A DNA stretch of 47,345 bases from Candidatus Micrarchaeaceae archaeon (GCA_038730205.1 JAVYRW010000001.1:1-47345); one strand, 5' to 3'; positions 17,576 through 28,247 are shown, numbered from the stretch's first letter. Made by a program: numbers and translations. The notes: generated by a model not told the origin, from the letters alone.

Positions 17576-20320
17576 ATGGAAGATATTTACTCTTTCTTTT
17601 TAGAAAAAGTAGGTAAATTTACAGAAGTACAAGAACTTTCTATAAAAGAAATTGAAAATAATAATAATTGCTTAATTGTTGCACCCACAGGAAGTGGAAA
17701 AACTGAAGCTGCTCTTTTACCTATTTTGAATAAAATATATAAAGAAAAATCAGAAGCTATTTCAGTAATATATATAACACCCTTAAGAGCTTTAAACAGG
17801 GACCTTATGAAAAGGATAGAAGTACTTTGTAAAAATTTTCAAATTACAGTGGGTGTTAGACACGGTGATACAAGCAAATTAGAAAGAGAAAAACAAGCAA
17901 AGGAACCACCAAATGTAATTATAACAACTCCAGAGAGTATGCAAAGTATGTTATTATCTCAAAGATTAAGAGCCGCTTTAAAAAATCTTAAATATGTAAT
18001 AGTAGATGAAATTCATGAGTTGTATTATAACAAAAGAGGTGCACAATTATCAGTAGCACTTGAAAGATATAAAGAGCTTTCAAATAATTTTTTAAGAATA
18101 GGAATCTCAGCAACTATAGGCAATTATGATGAAGTTGCAAATTTTCTTTTTGTAAATTCTAAATATAAAATAATTACTTCTGATATAGAAAAAAAATTAT
18201 CAATAAAAGTTATGCTTCCAGATACTCCTTTCAATAGATATGATGAATTTAAATCTTCTTTCAATATTGATGATAAAAATATGGCAAGATTAGAAACGAT
18301 AGAAAGTATAATAAAAAATCATAATGCAACTTTAATTTTTGCAAATACTAGACAGACTGTAGAATCTTTAGGTAGTAGACTAATTTATTTGAGTCGATTA
18401 GAGGGATTTGATTGTGTTGGAGTTCATCATAGCTCATTGGATAAAAATGAAAGAATAGAGATTGAAAATAATTTTAAAGAAGGTAAATTAAAATCAATAG
18501 TTGCAACAAGTTCTTTGGAATTAGGAATAGATATAGGAAATATAGATTTTGTAATTCAATATGGTTCACCTAGACAATCTACAAGACTTTTGCAGAGAAT
18601 TGGAAGAAGTGGGCATAGAATAGGACTTGTTTCTAATGGATCAATAATAACATCTGGACCATTAGAAGCGATCGAATCTTTAGCAATTATAGTAAACGCA
18701 AATAAAAAAAATTTAGAAAAGTATAATATAGAAAAAAATCCTCTTGATGTATTAGCAAATCAGATAAGTGGAATTGTATTAGAATATAAAAAAATAGAAA
18801 TTAAAAAGGTTTTTGATATAATAAAAAGATCTTCTGTTTTCCATAATATGGAATTTATAATTTTCAAAGAAGTATTAGAATTTTTATCAGAAATTAAAAC
18901 AATATCAATAAATAATGAAAGTATAATGATAGGAAAAAGAACAAGAAAATATTTTATAGAAAATATTAGTGTTATACCCGATACTCCCAGATTTATAGTT
19001 AAACAGATATCAACAAATAGAATAATATCAACTTTGGATGAAAAATTTGTATATAGCAATATAGAAGAAAATTATTCATTTATAACAAAAGGAATACCTT
19101 GGAAAGTTGTTAAAATAGAAGATAGTACAATATTTGTAGAAAGGAGTGAAGAGTTAGAAGCAGCAATACCAGATTGGATTGGAGAGGACCTTCCTGTTTC
19201 AGTAGAAATAGCAAGTGAAACAATATCTTTATTTAAAAATATTAATAAATCAAATGAAATATTAGAAAAACATTGTCAAGAAAGAGTAGAAGAGTTTATA
19301 AAAAAACAAAGTAATTTTTTTATTCCAGATATAAACAATATTTCTATTGAAGAATTAGAGGATTATTCAATAATTTATATTTATTTAGGTACGCTCGCAA
19401 ACGGATTTTTTGGAAGAGGAATTGGACAATTATTAAAAAAAGAAGGTATAGATGCTTCAGTAAAGGCAACAGCATACTCTATTATAGTTGAGTATAAATT
19501 TTCTACAAAAAAACCAGATTTATTAAATATTATAAAAAAATTAATTATGTATAAAAATAATGAAGATATGTTAACAGACTCTGATTTATTTAGATATAAG
19601 TTTGTTCAAATATCAAAGCTTTTCGGAATTGTTGAAAAAAAGGCCACTTTAACAAAAAACGTTACAAAAAAATTAATTGATTTTTATAAAAATACAGTAA
19701 TTTATAAAGAAACACTAAGAGATCTTCAAAAAAATTACATCGATTATTCAACAATTAAATCATTTATAAAAAAGTATGAAAACAAAGAAATAAGTATAAA
19801 TTTTGTAAGAACCGGATCGCCTTTTTCTAAAGAAATTCTTATTTCTGGTTTAGGATATAGTGATATAACTTCTATAATAAATCCAGGAGATGAAAAGATA
19901 GATTCTTTTCTTAAAAGAATAGAAAATAGGGATTATACTTTTGTATGTAGTTATTGTGGAATGTTTTTTTCTAAAAATTTAGGTAATGAAATAAAAGATG
20001 AAAAAATACTTTGTATTAGATGTAAAAGTTCTATGATTTCAACAGGTAAAGAAAAATATATAGAAATTTTAAATAAAAAAATGTTAAATAAAAAATTAAA
20101 TAAAAATGAAATGAGTATTTATGAGGATTTAATAAAAGAAGCAGGCTTGATTAATGCTTATTCCTGGAGGGCGGTTATTTCTTTAAATACGTATGGTTTA
20201 GGTATAGCTACATCTGGAAGAATATTAAAAATGTTAAGAACATCTAAAGAGAAATTTGTAATTGATATCTTAAATGCTCAGAAACTATTTGTTAAAAACA
20301 GTAGATTTTGGAAAAAATAG
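17576..20320 (+). CDS. lhr: Lhr-type (large helicase-related) superfamily 2 ATP-dependent helicase
   Basis: 914-aa ORF with motif I APTGSGKTEAA, motif II VDEIHEL, SAT-like SATIGN and motif VI QRIGRSGHR. It has a long C-terminal domain with a CxxC...CxxC zinc ribbon (CSYCG...CIRCKS). Confidence 0.85.
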   Translation: MEDIYSFFLEKVGKFTEVQELSIKEIENNNNCLIVAPTGSGKTEAALLPILNKIYKEKSEAISVIYITPLRALNRDLMKRIEVLCKNFQITVGVRHGDTSKLEREKQAKEPPNVIITTPESMQSMLLSQRLRAALKNLKYVIVDEIHELYYNKRGAQLSVALERYKELSNNFLRIGISATIGNYDEVANFLFVNSKYKIITSDIEKKLSIKVMLPDTPFNRYDEFKSSFNIDDKNMARLETIESIIKNHNATLIFANTRQTVESLGSRLIYLSRLEGFDCVGVHHSSLDKNERIEIENNFKEGKLKSIVATSSLELGIDIGNIDFVIQYGSPRQSTRLLQRIGRSGHRIGLVSNGSIITSGPLEAIESLAIIVNANKKNLEKYNIEKNPLDVLANQISGIVLEYKKIEIKKVFDIIKRSSVFHNMEFIIFKEVLEFLSEIKTISINNESIMIGKRTRKYFIENISVIPDTPRFIVKQISTNRIISTLDEKFVYSNIEENYSFITKGIPWKVVKIEDSTIFVERSEELEAAIPDWIGEDLPVSVEIASETISLFKNINKSNEILEKHCQERVEEFIKKQSNFFIPDINNISIEELEDYSIIYIYLGTLANGFFGRGIGQLLKKEGIDASVKATAYSIIVEYKFSTKKPDLLNIIKKLIMYKNNEDMLTDSDLFRYKFVQISKLFGIVEKKATLTKNVTKKLIDFYKNTVIYKETLRDLQKNYIDYSTIKSFIKKYENKEISINFVRTGSPFSKEILISGLGYSDITSIINPGDEKIDSFLKRIENRDYTFVCSYCGMFFSKNLGNEIKDEKILCIRCKSSMISTGKEKYIEILNKKMLNKKLNKNEMSIYEDLIKEAGLINAYSWRAVISLNTYGLGIATSGRILKMLRTSKEKFVIDILNAQKLFVKNSRFWKK

Positions 20321-22735
20321 TTATTGGTCTTGTATTTCCAAAAGTTTTGCATCTGAAACTAATGAATTCCCATCCAAACGCATAAGTCTTACTCCGCTTG
20401 CTGCTCTTCCGGTTATCCTTATAGAAGAAACTGGAATTGTAATTGTAATGCCAGTAGAACTGATAAGTATTAACTGTTCGTTGCCTTTTACAAATAACGC
20501 TTTCAGTACACTTCCTGTTTTATCATTTATTTTTAGATTTATAACTCCAGAACCGGATCTGCTTTGAACCCTATAAAGAGTTGTATCTGTTATTTTACCA
20601 TAACCTTTTTCAGATATAGTCAATACACTTCCAGAATCGTTTGCAGCAATTATATTTTTAGCTTCGTCAGATTTTAGTTTGATTCCTCTTACGCCCATTG
20701 AACCTCTTCCGGTAAGCCTTAATGTACTTTGATCAAATTTAATTGATTTTCCATTCTTCGTAACTATTAAAAGATATTTTTCATCTTTGAAAATAATTGA
20801 GTCTGCTATTTTATCATCTTCGTTAAGAGTTATTGCTCTTATTCCTGAAGAACGTGGTTTTGAAAATAGCATAGCGTCTGTTTTCTTTACTAAACCTTTT
20901 GAAGTTAAGAAAACTATTTTTGAATTAGCAAATTCGTTAGTATTTAACATTGTTACTACTTTTTCATTTGTTAAATTAAGTAAATTTACTATTGCTTTGC
21001 CTTCAGAATATCTTCCAGATTCTGGAACTGTGTATGCTTTAAGCCAGTATGCTCTACCTGCATCTGTTATAAATAGTATATAATCTTTATTGTTACATGT
21101 TAACATTTTGTTAACAAAATCTCCTTCTTTTAGATTTATAGAAATAATTCCTTTACCTCCCCTTGCTTGTTCTTTATAAGTTACTAATGGAAGTCTCTTT
21201 ACATAACCTTCTTTTGTTAATATAATACTTACCTTTTCATTACTTATCATGTCTTCATCTTTTATGTTTAAAGGTTCGTCTGATTGTATTATTTCAGTTC
21301 TTCTATCCCTCCCATATTTCTTTTTGAGTTCTTCCATATCTGAAATTATAATTGATTCTTGTTTTTCTTTACTTTCTATTATATTTTTATAATTAGATAT
21401 TTTTTCTTGAAGGTCTGCTTTTTCTTTTAATAATGAAGCACCTTCTAAATGTGTTAACCTACTTAATTTCATATCTAATATTGCATTTGATTGTTTTTCA
21501 CTTAATGAAAATTGTTGCATGAGGTTTGTTCTTGCATCAGAAAGTTCTTCGCTCTTTTTTATTGTTTTAATTATTTCATCTATATTTCCAAGGGCTATTA
21601 CTAAACCTTCAACTATATGTAATCTATCAGTTGCTATACCTAATTCGTAGGTGCTTCTTTTTAAAATTATTTCTAATCTGTGAGTTATATAAACTTCAAT
21701 TAATTGTAATATATTTAAACTTTTTAAGCTTGTTCCTACAACGGCCAAATTGATTATAGGAAATGTTGTTTGTAATTGAGTATGGTTATATAATTGATTT
21801 ATAATTTGATTAGGATCTTCTCCGTTTTTAAGTTCAATTACTATGCTCATGCCAGTTCTTCCTGTTTCATCTCTTATGTCTCTTATTCCAGTAATTCTTT
21901 TTTCATGAACAAGATTAGCTATTGTATGAATTAAACTAGATTTATTTACATTATAAGGAAGTTCGTTTATAATTAGCTTATTTTTTTTATTATCTATCTC
22001 AATCTTTCCTCTTATTGATATTTGGCCTCTGCCTGTTTTATATCCATTATAGGAATTTAATGACATTATTACTATTCCTCCGGTTGGGAAATCCGGCCCT
22101 TTTATAATTTTTAATATATCATCAGTTGTGGCTTCTTTGTTTTTTAATTTATAAATTATTGCGTCACAGACTTCATTTAAATTGTGTGAAGGCATACTTG
22201 TTGCTACACCAACAGCAATACCTGAAGCACCATTGATTAATAAGTTAGGAACTTTCCCAGGTAGAACACTTGGTTCTTTTTCAGTATTATCGAAATTTGG
22301 TACCATTTGAACTGTATTTTTATCTAAATCTTCTAAAATTTCTTCTGCTAGTTTGGTTAATCTCACCTCTGTATAACGCATGGCTGCTGGAGGATCTCCG
22401 TCAATAGAACCCATATTTCCTTGTCCATCAACTAAAACATGATTTAATGAAAAATTTTGAGCCATTCTTACCATAGTATCATAGACAGCTATGTCACCAT
22501 GAGGATGATATTTACCTATTGTTTCTCCTACAATTCTTGCACTTTTTTTGGTTGGTTGGTTATGCGTATTGTTTATTTTACTCATTGCATATAAAATTCT
22601 TCTTTGGGCTGGTTTAAGACCATCTCTTGCGTCTGGTATAGCCCTGCCTATTATTACACTCATTGCATAATCAATATAACTTGCTTGTAGTTCATCTTCA
22701 AGATTAACATTATTTATTTTTGTCATAAAAATCAC
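20321..22735 (-). CDS. gyrA: DNA gyrase subunit A
   Basis: 804-aa ORF with [32 protein letters not shown], the active-site region AAMRYTE, and a C-terminal beta-pinwheel repeat region. The ATG at 22726 (MTKINN...) is a likelier start than the GTG at 22735. Confidence 0.95.
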   Translation of the reverse strand: MIFMTKINNVNLEDELQASYIDYAMSVIIGRAIPDARDGLKPAQRRILYAMSKINNTHNQPTKKSARIVGETIGKYHPHGDIAVYDTMVRMAQNFSLNHVLVDGQGNMGSIDGDPPAAMRYTEVRLTKLAEEILEDLDKNTVQMVPNFDNTEKEPSVLPGKVPNLLINGASGIAVGVATSMPSHNLNEVCDAIIYKLKNKEATTDDILKIIKGPDFPTGGIVIMSLNSYNGYKTGRGQISIRGKIEIDNKKNKLIINELPYNVNKSSLIHTIANLVHEKRITGIRDIRDETGRTGMSIVIELKNGEDPNQIINQLYNHTQLQTTFPIINLAVVGTSLKSLNILQLIEVYITHRLEIILKRSTYELGIATDRLHIVEGLVIALGNIDEIIKTIKKSEELSDARTNLMQQFSLSEKQSNAILDMKLSRLTHLEGASLLKEKADLQEKISNYKNIIESKEKQESIIISDMEELKKKYGRDRRTEIIQSDEPLNIKDEDMISNEKVSIILTKEGYVKRLPLVTYKEQARGGKGIISINLKEGDFVNKMLTCNNKDYILFITDAGRAYWLKAYTVPESGRYSEGKAIVNLLNLTNEKVVTMLNTNEFANSKIVFLTSKGLVKKTDAMLFSKPRSSGIRAITLNEDDKIADSIIFKDEKYLLIVTKNGKSIKFDQSTLRLTGRGSMGVRGIKLKSDEAKNIIAANDSGSVLTISEKGYGKITDTTLYRVQSRSGSGVINLKINDKTGSVLKALFVKGNEQLILISSTGITITIPVSSIRITGRAASGVRLMRLDGNSLVSDAKLLEIQDQ

Positions 22736-24672
22736 TACACATCAAGAACGTTTACTTCCTCAGAATGGTCATGTAAAAATCTTCTTCTTTGAGAAGGATC
22801 TAGCCCCATAAGCACAGTAAATAAGCTATCTGCAATTTGTGCATCTTTTATCTGAACTTTTTTAAGCATTCTTTTTTCTGGATTCATTGTTGTTTCCCAT
22901 AATTGATCAGGATTCATTTCTCCTAAACCTTTGTATCTTTGCGTTTCTGCATTTTTGTATTCCTCTGTTCTTATTATATTTAATTCTTCATCGCTATAAA
23001 CATACGTTTCTGTCTTACCTAATTTAATTTTGTAAAGAGGAGGTTGTGCTATGTAAATATACCCCTGTTCTATCATTTTTTTCATATATCTGTAAAAAAA
23101 GGTTAGAAGAAGTGTTCTTATATGACTACCATCTACATCTGCATCGGTCATAATTATAACTTTATGATATCTTGCATTTTCTATGTTAAATGTTTCTCTT
23201 ATCCCAGTTCCAAATGCCGCTATTAAAGATTTTATTTCTGCGTTGTCAAAAATCTTTTCAAAACTTGCTTTTTCTACATTTAGTATTTTACCCCTTAAAG
23301 GTAATATTGCTTGAGTGTTTTTGTCTCTTCCCATTTTACTAGATCCTCCGGCGCTTTCACCTTCTACTATAAAAATTTCTGTTTTTGTAGGATCATTTTC
23401 TATGCAATCTGCAAGTTTCCCAGGAAGAATTGTATTCTCAAGAACACTTCTTTTTCTTGAAAGTTCTCTTGCTTTTCTTGCACTTTCTCTGGCATTAGCA
23501 GCAGAAATTGCTTTATCGATTATAGATTTTGCTTCTTGTGGATTTTCTTCCAAATATCTGGAAAAAGAAGAGTAAACTTCGGTTTCAACAAATGTTTTGA
23601 TTTGTGTATTACCTAATTTTTCTTTTGTTTGTCCTTCAAATTCAGGATTCTGCATTAAAACAGAAAGAACAGCAGAAAGTCCTTCTCTTACATCATCTCC
23701 AGAAATTTTTAAATCTGTCTTTGAATATTGTTTGTTTTTTGAAAAATAATTAATTAAAGCTCGGGTTATTGCCGAATGAAAACCTGAAACATGAGTTCCG
23801 CCCTCTGTTGTTTTTATTGAGTTAACAAAAGATTCTAATTTTTCTTCATATGTGTCATTATATTGTAATGAATATTCTAAAGTAAACTGGCCCTCTATTT
23901 TTTTATAATGAAATATGTTGGTTATTGTGTTTTTACCTTTATTGAGAAATAAAATAAAATCATTTAACCCCTTTTCAGAAAAATAAGTAATTTCTTCGGG
24001 TTGTTCAAATCTATCATCTTGTAAAATTATTTTCAAACCTGGATTTAAAAATGAAGTGTAAGTTAATCTTTCTTTAAGAATAGTTGAGTCAAATGTCGTA
24101 GTCTTGAATATTTCTTTATCTGGTTTAAATTTTATTGTAGTTCCTGTGGTGTTACTTGTGCCTATTTCTTCCATTTTAGAAATTGGAATACCTCTACTAA
24201 ATTTTTGTGCATAAAGTTTTCCATGTTTTTTAACAATCACTTCGGTAAATTCTGAAAGAGCATTAACTACCGTTAAACCAACACCATGAAGCCCCCCAGA
24301 AACTTTATAAACTTCGTTGTTAAACTTTGCACCTTTATGTAAGGTAGTCATTATTACTTCTAAAGCACTTTTGTTATATTTTGGCATAATTTCTACAGGT
24401 ATCCCTCTTCCATCATCACTAACTTCCGCAACATTGCCTTCTTCACTTTGAGAAAGTTTTATAATTATATTTTTACAAAAACCTGCAAGTGCTTCGTCAA
24501 CTGCATTGTCTATTACTTCAAATAAAAGATGCAATACGCCTTGTGAACTTGTTGATCCTATATACATTGCCGGTCTTTTTCGTATACCTTGTGGACCCTC
24601 TAAAACAACTATGTTTGATGCTTCGTAATCGACAGTAGAAGAGTCCATAATATCAAATATATTTAGCATCAA
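22735..24672 (-). CDS. gyrB: DNA gyrase subunit B
   Basis: 645-aa ORF with the GHKL ATPase motifs EVIDNAVDE and GGLHGVG, the Toprim motifs [23 protein letters not shown] and [12 protein letters not shown]. It lies directly upstream of gyrA. Confidence 0.95.
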   Translation of the reverse strand: MMLNIFDIMDSSTVDYEASNIVVLEGPQGIRKRPAMYIGSTSSQGVLHLLFEVIDNAVDEALAGFCKNIIIKLSQSEEGNVAEVSDDGRGIPVEIMPKYNKSALEVIMTTLHKGAKFNNEVYKVSGGLHGVGLTVVNALSEFTEVIVKKHGKLYAQKFSRGIPISKMEEIGTSNTTGTTIKFKPDKEIFKTTTFDSTILKERLTYTSFLNPGLKIILQDDRFEQPEEITYFSEKGLNDFILFLNKGKNTITNIFHYKKIEGQFTLEYSLQYNDTYEEKLESFVNSIKTTEGGTHVSGFHSAITRALINYFSKNKQYSKTDLKISGDDVREGLSAVLSVLMQNPEFEGQTKEKLGNTQIKTFVETEVYSSFSRYLEENPQEAKSIIDKAISAANARESARKARELSRKRSVLENTILPGKLADCIENDPTKTEIFIVEGESAGGSSKMGRDKNTQAILPLRGKILNVEKASFEKIFDNAEIKSLIAAFGTGIRETFNIENARYHKVIIMTDADVDGSHIRTLLLTFFYRYMKKMIEQGYIYIAQPPLYKIKLGKTETYVYSDEELNIIRTEEYKNAETQRYKGLGEMNPDQLWETTMNPEKRMLKKVQIKDAQIADSLFTVLMGLDPSQRRRFLHDHSEEVNVLDV

Positions 24673-24810
24673 AAGAATATAAAGCTTTCTATAATCTTTG
24701 TCGAGTATAATGTGGTAATTTGATGTTTTAATTTTTTATTATTTTGTAAAGAATTAGTATATAAAAAGTATTATATATATTTGTATTAGATAAGGTTAAT
24801 GGTGAATTGA

Positions 24811-25218
24811 ATGACAGATAGACCACTAGGAGTTGCCATTATATCAGTATTAGCCATTATAGGAGGTGTATTAGGTATATTGGCCGGAATATTTTTTGTA
24901 TTGGGTGGAAGTTTACTTGGAAGTTTACTTAGCACCGCTGTAGGTAACATTTTTGGTGGTTCTCTTACGAGTGCGGGCGGTTTAATAGGATTGATATTCG
25001 GCGCATTAGGCATAATAGTAATTTTATTAGGAGTGTTGTATGTTCTTTTTGGATATGGTGCCTGGAATGGAAAGAAATGGGCCTGGATACTCGGAATAAT
25101 TTTTTGCGTAATAGATATATTAATGATAGTAGCAGGCAATATTATTTCATTAATTATTGGTGTACTGGTCTTAATATATTTATTTAGAAAGAATACAAAA
25201 ACATATTTCAAAGTATAA
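24811..25218 (+). CDS. small Gly-rich integral membrane protein
   Basis: 135-aa ORF with four hydrophobic, glycine-zipper-like helices. The ATG is preceded by GGTGA (24801-24805). Confidence 0.6.
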   Translation: MTDRPLGVAIISVLAIIGGVLGILAGIFFVLGGSLLGSLLSTAVGNIFGGSLTSAGGLIGLIFGALGIIVILLGVLYVLFGYGAWNGKKWAWILGIIFCVIDILMIVAGNIISLIIGVLVLIYLFRKNTKTYFKV

Positions 25219-25225
25219 TTAGAAC

Positions 25226-25257
25226 TTTTTGTTTTTTTCTTTTATTTTTCTTTTTTT
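25226..25257 (+). terminator. T-rich tract (T5, T7, T4, T5, T7 runs), candidate terminator
   Basis: The sequence ctttttgtttttttcttttatttttcttttttt starts 8 nt after the stop of the membrane-protein gene and lies upstream of tRNA-Lys. Confidence 0.4.
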
Positions 25258-25394
25258 ATTATTTACATTTAAACATTTAATTAAAGCAAAGGATATGATC
25301 AGTAATATAATGTATATCAAAAAATTTATATCATTTAAATAGAGTAGTATATCAGCAAATTAATAAATACATATATCAATAAATATTAAAGTCA

Positions 25395-25470
25395 TGGGTC
25401 CGTAACTCAGTTTGGTCAGAGTGTCTGGCTCTTAACCAGAAGGTCGTGGGTTCAAATCCCACCGGGCCCA
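25395..25470 (+). tRNA. tRNA-Lys (anticodon CUU)
   Basis: Cloverleaf with acceptor GGGTCCG/CGGGCCC plus discriminator A, D stem ACTC/GAGT, anticodon arm TCTGG-CTCTTAA-CCAGA (CTT) and T arm GTGGG-TTCAAAT-CCCAC. By my count the variable region is 6 nt. No CCA is encoded. Confidence 0.9.
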
Positions 25471-25501
25471 TTTAATTAAAATGTTTATATAAGTTGAGTA
25501 C

Positions 25502-26605
25502 ATGATCAATAATACGAATTTTTATGATTTAATAAATGATTTTAACTCAATAAATATTAAAAAAATAGATGAAAAAACACTTGAAAAAATAGATAAAAAT
25601 AAAAGTATATTTAGATGGAGCGGACAGTTTCCTTCAAAATTAATTGAATATTTATTAGATGAATATGGTAAAAAAAATGTAATTGATCCTTTTTGTGGAA
25701 GTGGTACTGTATTATTTGAGGCTGGTAGTAAAAAAATGGATGCATATGGATTTGATATTAATCCTGCAGCAATAGAATTATCAAAATTAGCTAAATTTTT
25801 TAATATTGATAAAAAAACAAGAAAAAAATATTTAAATGAAGTAGATGAAATAATTTTTGAAGTAATAAATAAAATAGATCAAAATAATAAAAAATTATTA
25901 GATGAAAACGATTTTAGAGAAATTGAAAAAAAATTAAAGGATATAAAAAATGAAGTCGTATTAAATATATTTACTAATGTTTTAATGAGATTTTCAGTAA
26001 TTGAAAATAAGTATACAATTTTAGGATTATTAGAGGCAAATAATATAAATAAAAAAATAATTATGAATATTCCTTTTTCCAAAAAAACAATTGAAGTACA
26101 TAAATTAAATAGTAAAAAACTGCCGATTTTAGATAACTCTATTGATTTATGTATTACTTCTCCTCCTTATCCTGGTGTTTTTAATTATTATAAAAACTAT
26201 AAAAAAATTGCTTTTTTAAAAAAGTGGAACATTTCAGAAATAAAAAAAGAGGAAATAGGAAATTATAATTATGGTAGTCAGAATGCAAATTTTTTGAAAT
26301 ATGGAATTGATTTAATAAAGGTATTAAAAGAAATTAATAGAGTTTTGAAAACAAATGGAAGATTAATTTTAATAATAAATGAAAATATAAAAATAAAAGA
26401 AAAAACAATAAAAAATTCAATATTTTTGTATTTGTTAGTTTTAATGTGTAACTTTAAATTAGTTGAAAAACAAGAAAGAGTTTATAAAAATAGAAATAAA
26501 GAAAATGTTATAGAGGACATACTTCATTTCGTTCCAGTAAAAGAACAAATTTTAGAATTTAAATATTTTGAAGAGATAATTAAATATATTTTAAATATAA
26601 GATAA
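25502..26605 (+). CDS. SAM-dependent methyltransferase of the N6-adenine/N4-cytosine (SPPY) type, DNA or RNA target unknown
   Basis: 367-aa ORF with SAM-binding motif I DPFCGSGTVLFEAG followed by YGFDINPAA, and catalytic motif IV CITSPPYPGVFNY about 150 aa downstream. No nuclease-like partner is adjacent. Confidence 0.7.
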   Translation: MINNTNFYDLINDFNSINIKKIDEKTLEKIDKNKSIFRWSGQFPSKLIEYLLDEYGKKNVIDPFCGSGTVLFEAGSKKMDAYGFDINPAAIELSKLAKFFNIDKKTRKKYLNEVDEIIFEVINKIDQNNKKLLDENDFREIEKKLKDIKNEVVLNIFTNVLMRFSVIENKYTILGLLEANNINKKIIMNIPFSKKTIEVHKLNSKKLPILDNSIDLCITSPPYPGVFNYYKNYKKIAFLKKWNISEIKKEEIGNYNYGSQNANFLKYGIDLIKVLKEINRVLKTNGRLILIINENIKIKEKTIKNSIFLYLLVLMCNFKLVEKQERVYKNRNKENVIEDILHFVPVKEQILEFKYFEEIIKYILNIR

Positions 26606-26636
26606 TTATAAATATCTAAAAAAAGAAAGAAAGTTT

Positions 26637-27167
26637 ATGCAAAATATTGATTTTAAAAATTTTCTTAGAAAACAAAAACAAGGTAAGCTTGCTTTTTTTG
26701 ATGTTTATGGTACATTGGTACCTAACGAAGGTTATGCAAAGATTAGTTCTGAAGCAATTAATTTTATAAACAAATTATATGATAATGATTTTACCCTAGG
26801 TATTGTTACAGGTTGTGAAGATAAAAGTATAATAATTAATATTTTAAAAGAAGCAAAAATAGAAGATTTATTTTCAGTAATAGTTTCTGGGGAAGATAGA
26901 AATACTCATTTGGAAAGGTTGTTTGCAGGAATAATTTCTGCTGAAAAAATAACCGGAAAAATGTTTAATAATGAAATATACCATTTTGATGATGATTATA
27001 GAAGGATATCCAGTACTAAAGAATTAGGTGTAAAATATTTTATGGTAAGCGATGATCCAAACGCCAAATTAAGTGTTTTATATGCAGATTATATAATGAA
27101 AGACTTTAAAGATGAAAATGTATATAAGTTATTAGGAATAAAAAATGTTAGAAAAAATAAAATTTAA
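26637..27167 (+). CDS. HAD-superfamily hydrolase-like protein
   Basis: 176-aa ORF. Motif I is FFDVYGTLV (D-x-Y-G-T-L, the variant seen in haloacid dehalogenase-type members, with the second Asp replaced by Tyr). Motif II is IVTG, and an acidic HFDDD block lies near the C-terminus. Confidence 0.55.
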   Translation: MQNIDFKNFLRKQKQGKLAFFDVYGTLVPNEGYAKISSEAINFINKLYDNDFTLGIVTGCEDKSIIINILKEAKIEDLFSVIVSGEDRNTHLERLFAGIISAEKITGKMFNNEIYHFDDDYRRISSTKELGVKYFMVSDDPNAKLSVLYADYIMKDFKDENVYKLLGIKNVRKNKI

Positions 27168-28247
27168 TTATTTGTTTCTATTTATCATAAATTCTGCAAA
27201 CTCTCTTATTAATTGTTTTGATTTTGATTCTTTTAATATTTGTTCAATTTCATTTAGAGAATCATTTATTATTTTATGTGCTAAATTTTTACAATAAGTA
27301 AATGAGTTATATTTTTTAATAATTGAGATAGCTTCATGTATTTTCTGTTTTTCTTTTGTATGTTCTGATAATATTTTTAAAAGTTTTTCTTTATCATCTT
27401 TTGAGGCTTTATTTAAAGTTTGGATTACCATCAATGTTATTTTTCCTTCACTTATGTCATCTCCTACACCGCCCTTACTTTCAGAAACTTTACTGTCGTC
27501 AATATTTAATAAATCATCTTGTATTTGAAATGCAATGCCTAATGCTGCACCAAAGTTTCCAAGCGTTTTTATTGTTTTGTCATCCACTTCACATAGTATA
27601 CCAGCTAATTCGCAAGCAAAACGAGACAATACACCTGTTTTGTTATTTGACATTTCTAAATATTTATTTTCAGTTATCTCCTCTGTTTTTATTAAACCAG
27701 CATGCCAGGATATGTCAGTAGCTTGACCAATAGTTACGCGAACCATATTAGATAAATAAGAAGTTGTTAATTTTGCCTTTACAGATTCTGATAGTTTTTT
27801 ACTTGAAAAAAGCATATGTAATGGAAAAAACATCATATAGTCTCCAAGGTTAGTTGCTATATCTAAACCATATTTTACATGTACTGCTGGAGAACCCCGT
27901 CTAGTTAAAGAATTATCCTCTATATCATCATGAATTAATGTTGCATTGTGAATTATTTCAGTTATGGTTGCAAATTCAACATAATCTTCTGGTTTTTTAC
28001 CTAATGCTTCTATAAAAAGTAATGTAAGAATAGGTCTCCAACGTTTACCACCTAAATCTAATAAATACCATAAAGGATCTAGAACTCCTTTTTCAAAGGC
28101 CTTTTCATCATATTCATAATTAGTTTTGCCTAGGATCTTTGTCATGTATTCTTTATTTGATTGCCTTTTCAAATATGTAACTATAGTTTCATTAATTATT
28201 TTACTTTTTTCTGAAAGTAGTGAGTCTATTTTTGAAGATTCAACCAT
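27168..28247 (-). CDS. idsA: trans-polyprenyl diphosphate synthase (GGPP synthase-like)
   Basis: 359-aa ORF with GGKRWRP, the first Asp-rich motif LIHDDIED, and the second motif region FQIQDDLLN...GKITL. Confidence 0.85.
   Translation of the reverse strand: MVESSKIDSLLSEKSKIINETIVTYLKRQSNKEYMTKILGKTNYEYDEKAFEKGVLDPLWYLLDLGGKRWRPILTLLFIEALGKKPEDYVEFATITEIIHNATLIHDDIEDNSLTRRGSPAVHVKYGLDIATNLGDYMMFFPLHMLFSSKKLSESVKAKLTTSYLSNMVRVTIGQATDISWHAGLIKTEEITENKYLEMSNNKTGVLSRFACELAGILCEVDDKTIKTLGNFGAALGIAFQIQDDLLNIDDSKVSESKGGVGDDISEGKITLMVIQTLNKASKDDKEKLLKILSEHTKEKQKIHEAISIIKKYNSFTYCKNLAHKIINDSLNEIEQILKESKSKQLIREFAEFMINRNK

Noticed and set aside
24786-25211. 141-aa minus-strand ORF mirroring the Gly-rich membrane-protein gene.
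   Set aside because: Its Pro/Asn/Ile-rich product is simply the complement of GGN/ATT-rich codons. The plus-strand ORF has a GGTGA ribosome-binding motif and clean transmembrane helices.
25312-25377. Four copies of TATATCA within 66 nt upstream of tRNA-Lys.
   Set aside because: The spacing is irregular (14, 21 and 24 nt) and the heptamer is TATA-like low-complexity sequence, so it is probably just overlapping promoter-like AT-rich DNA.
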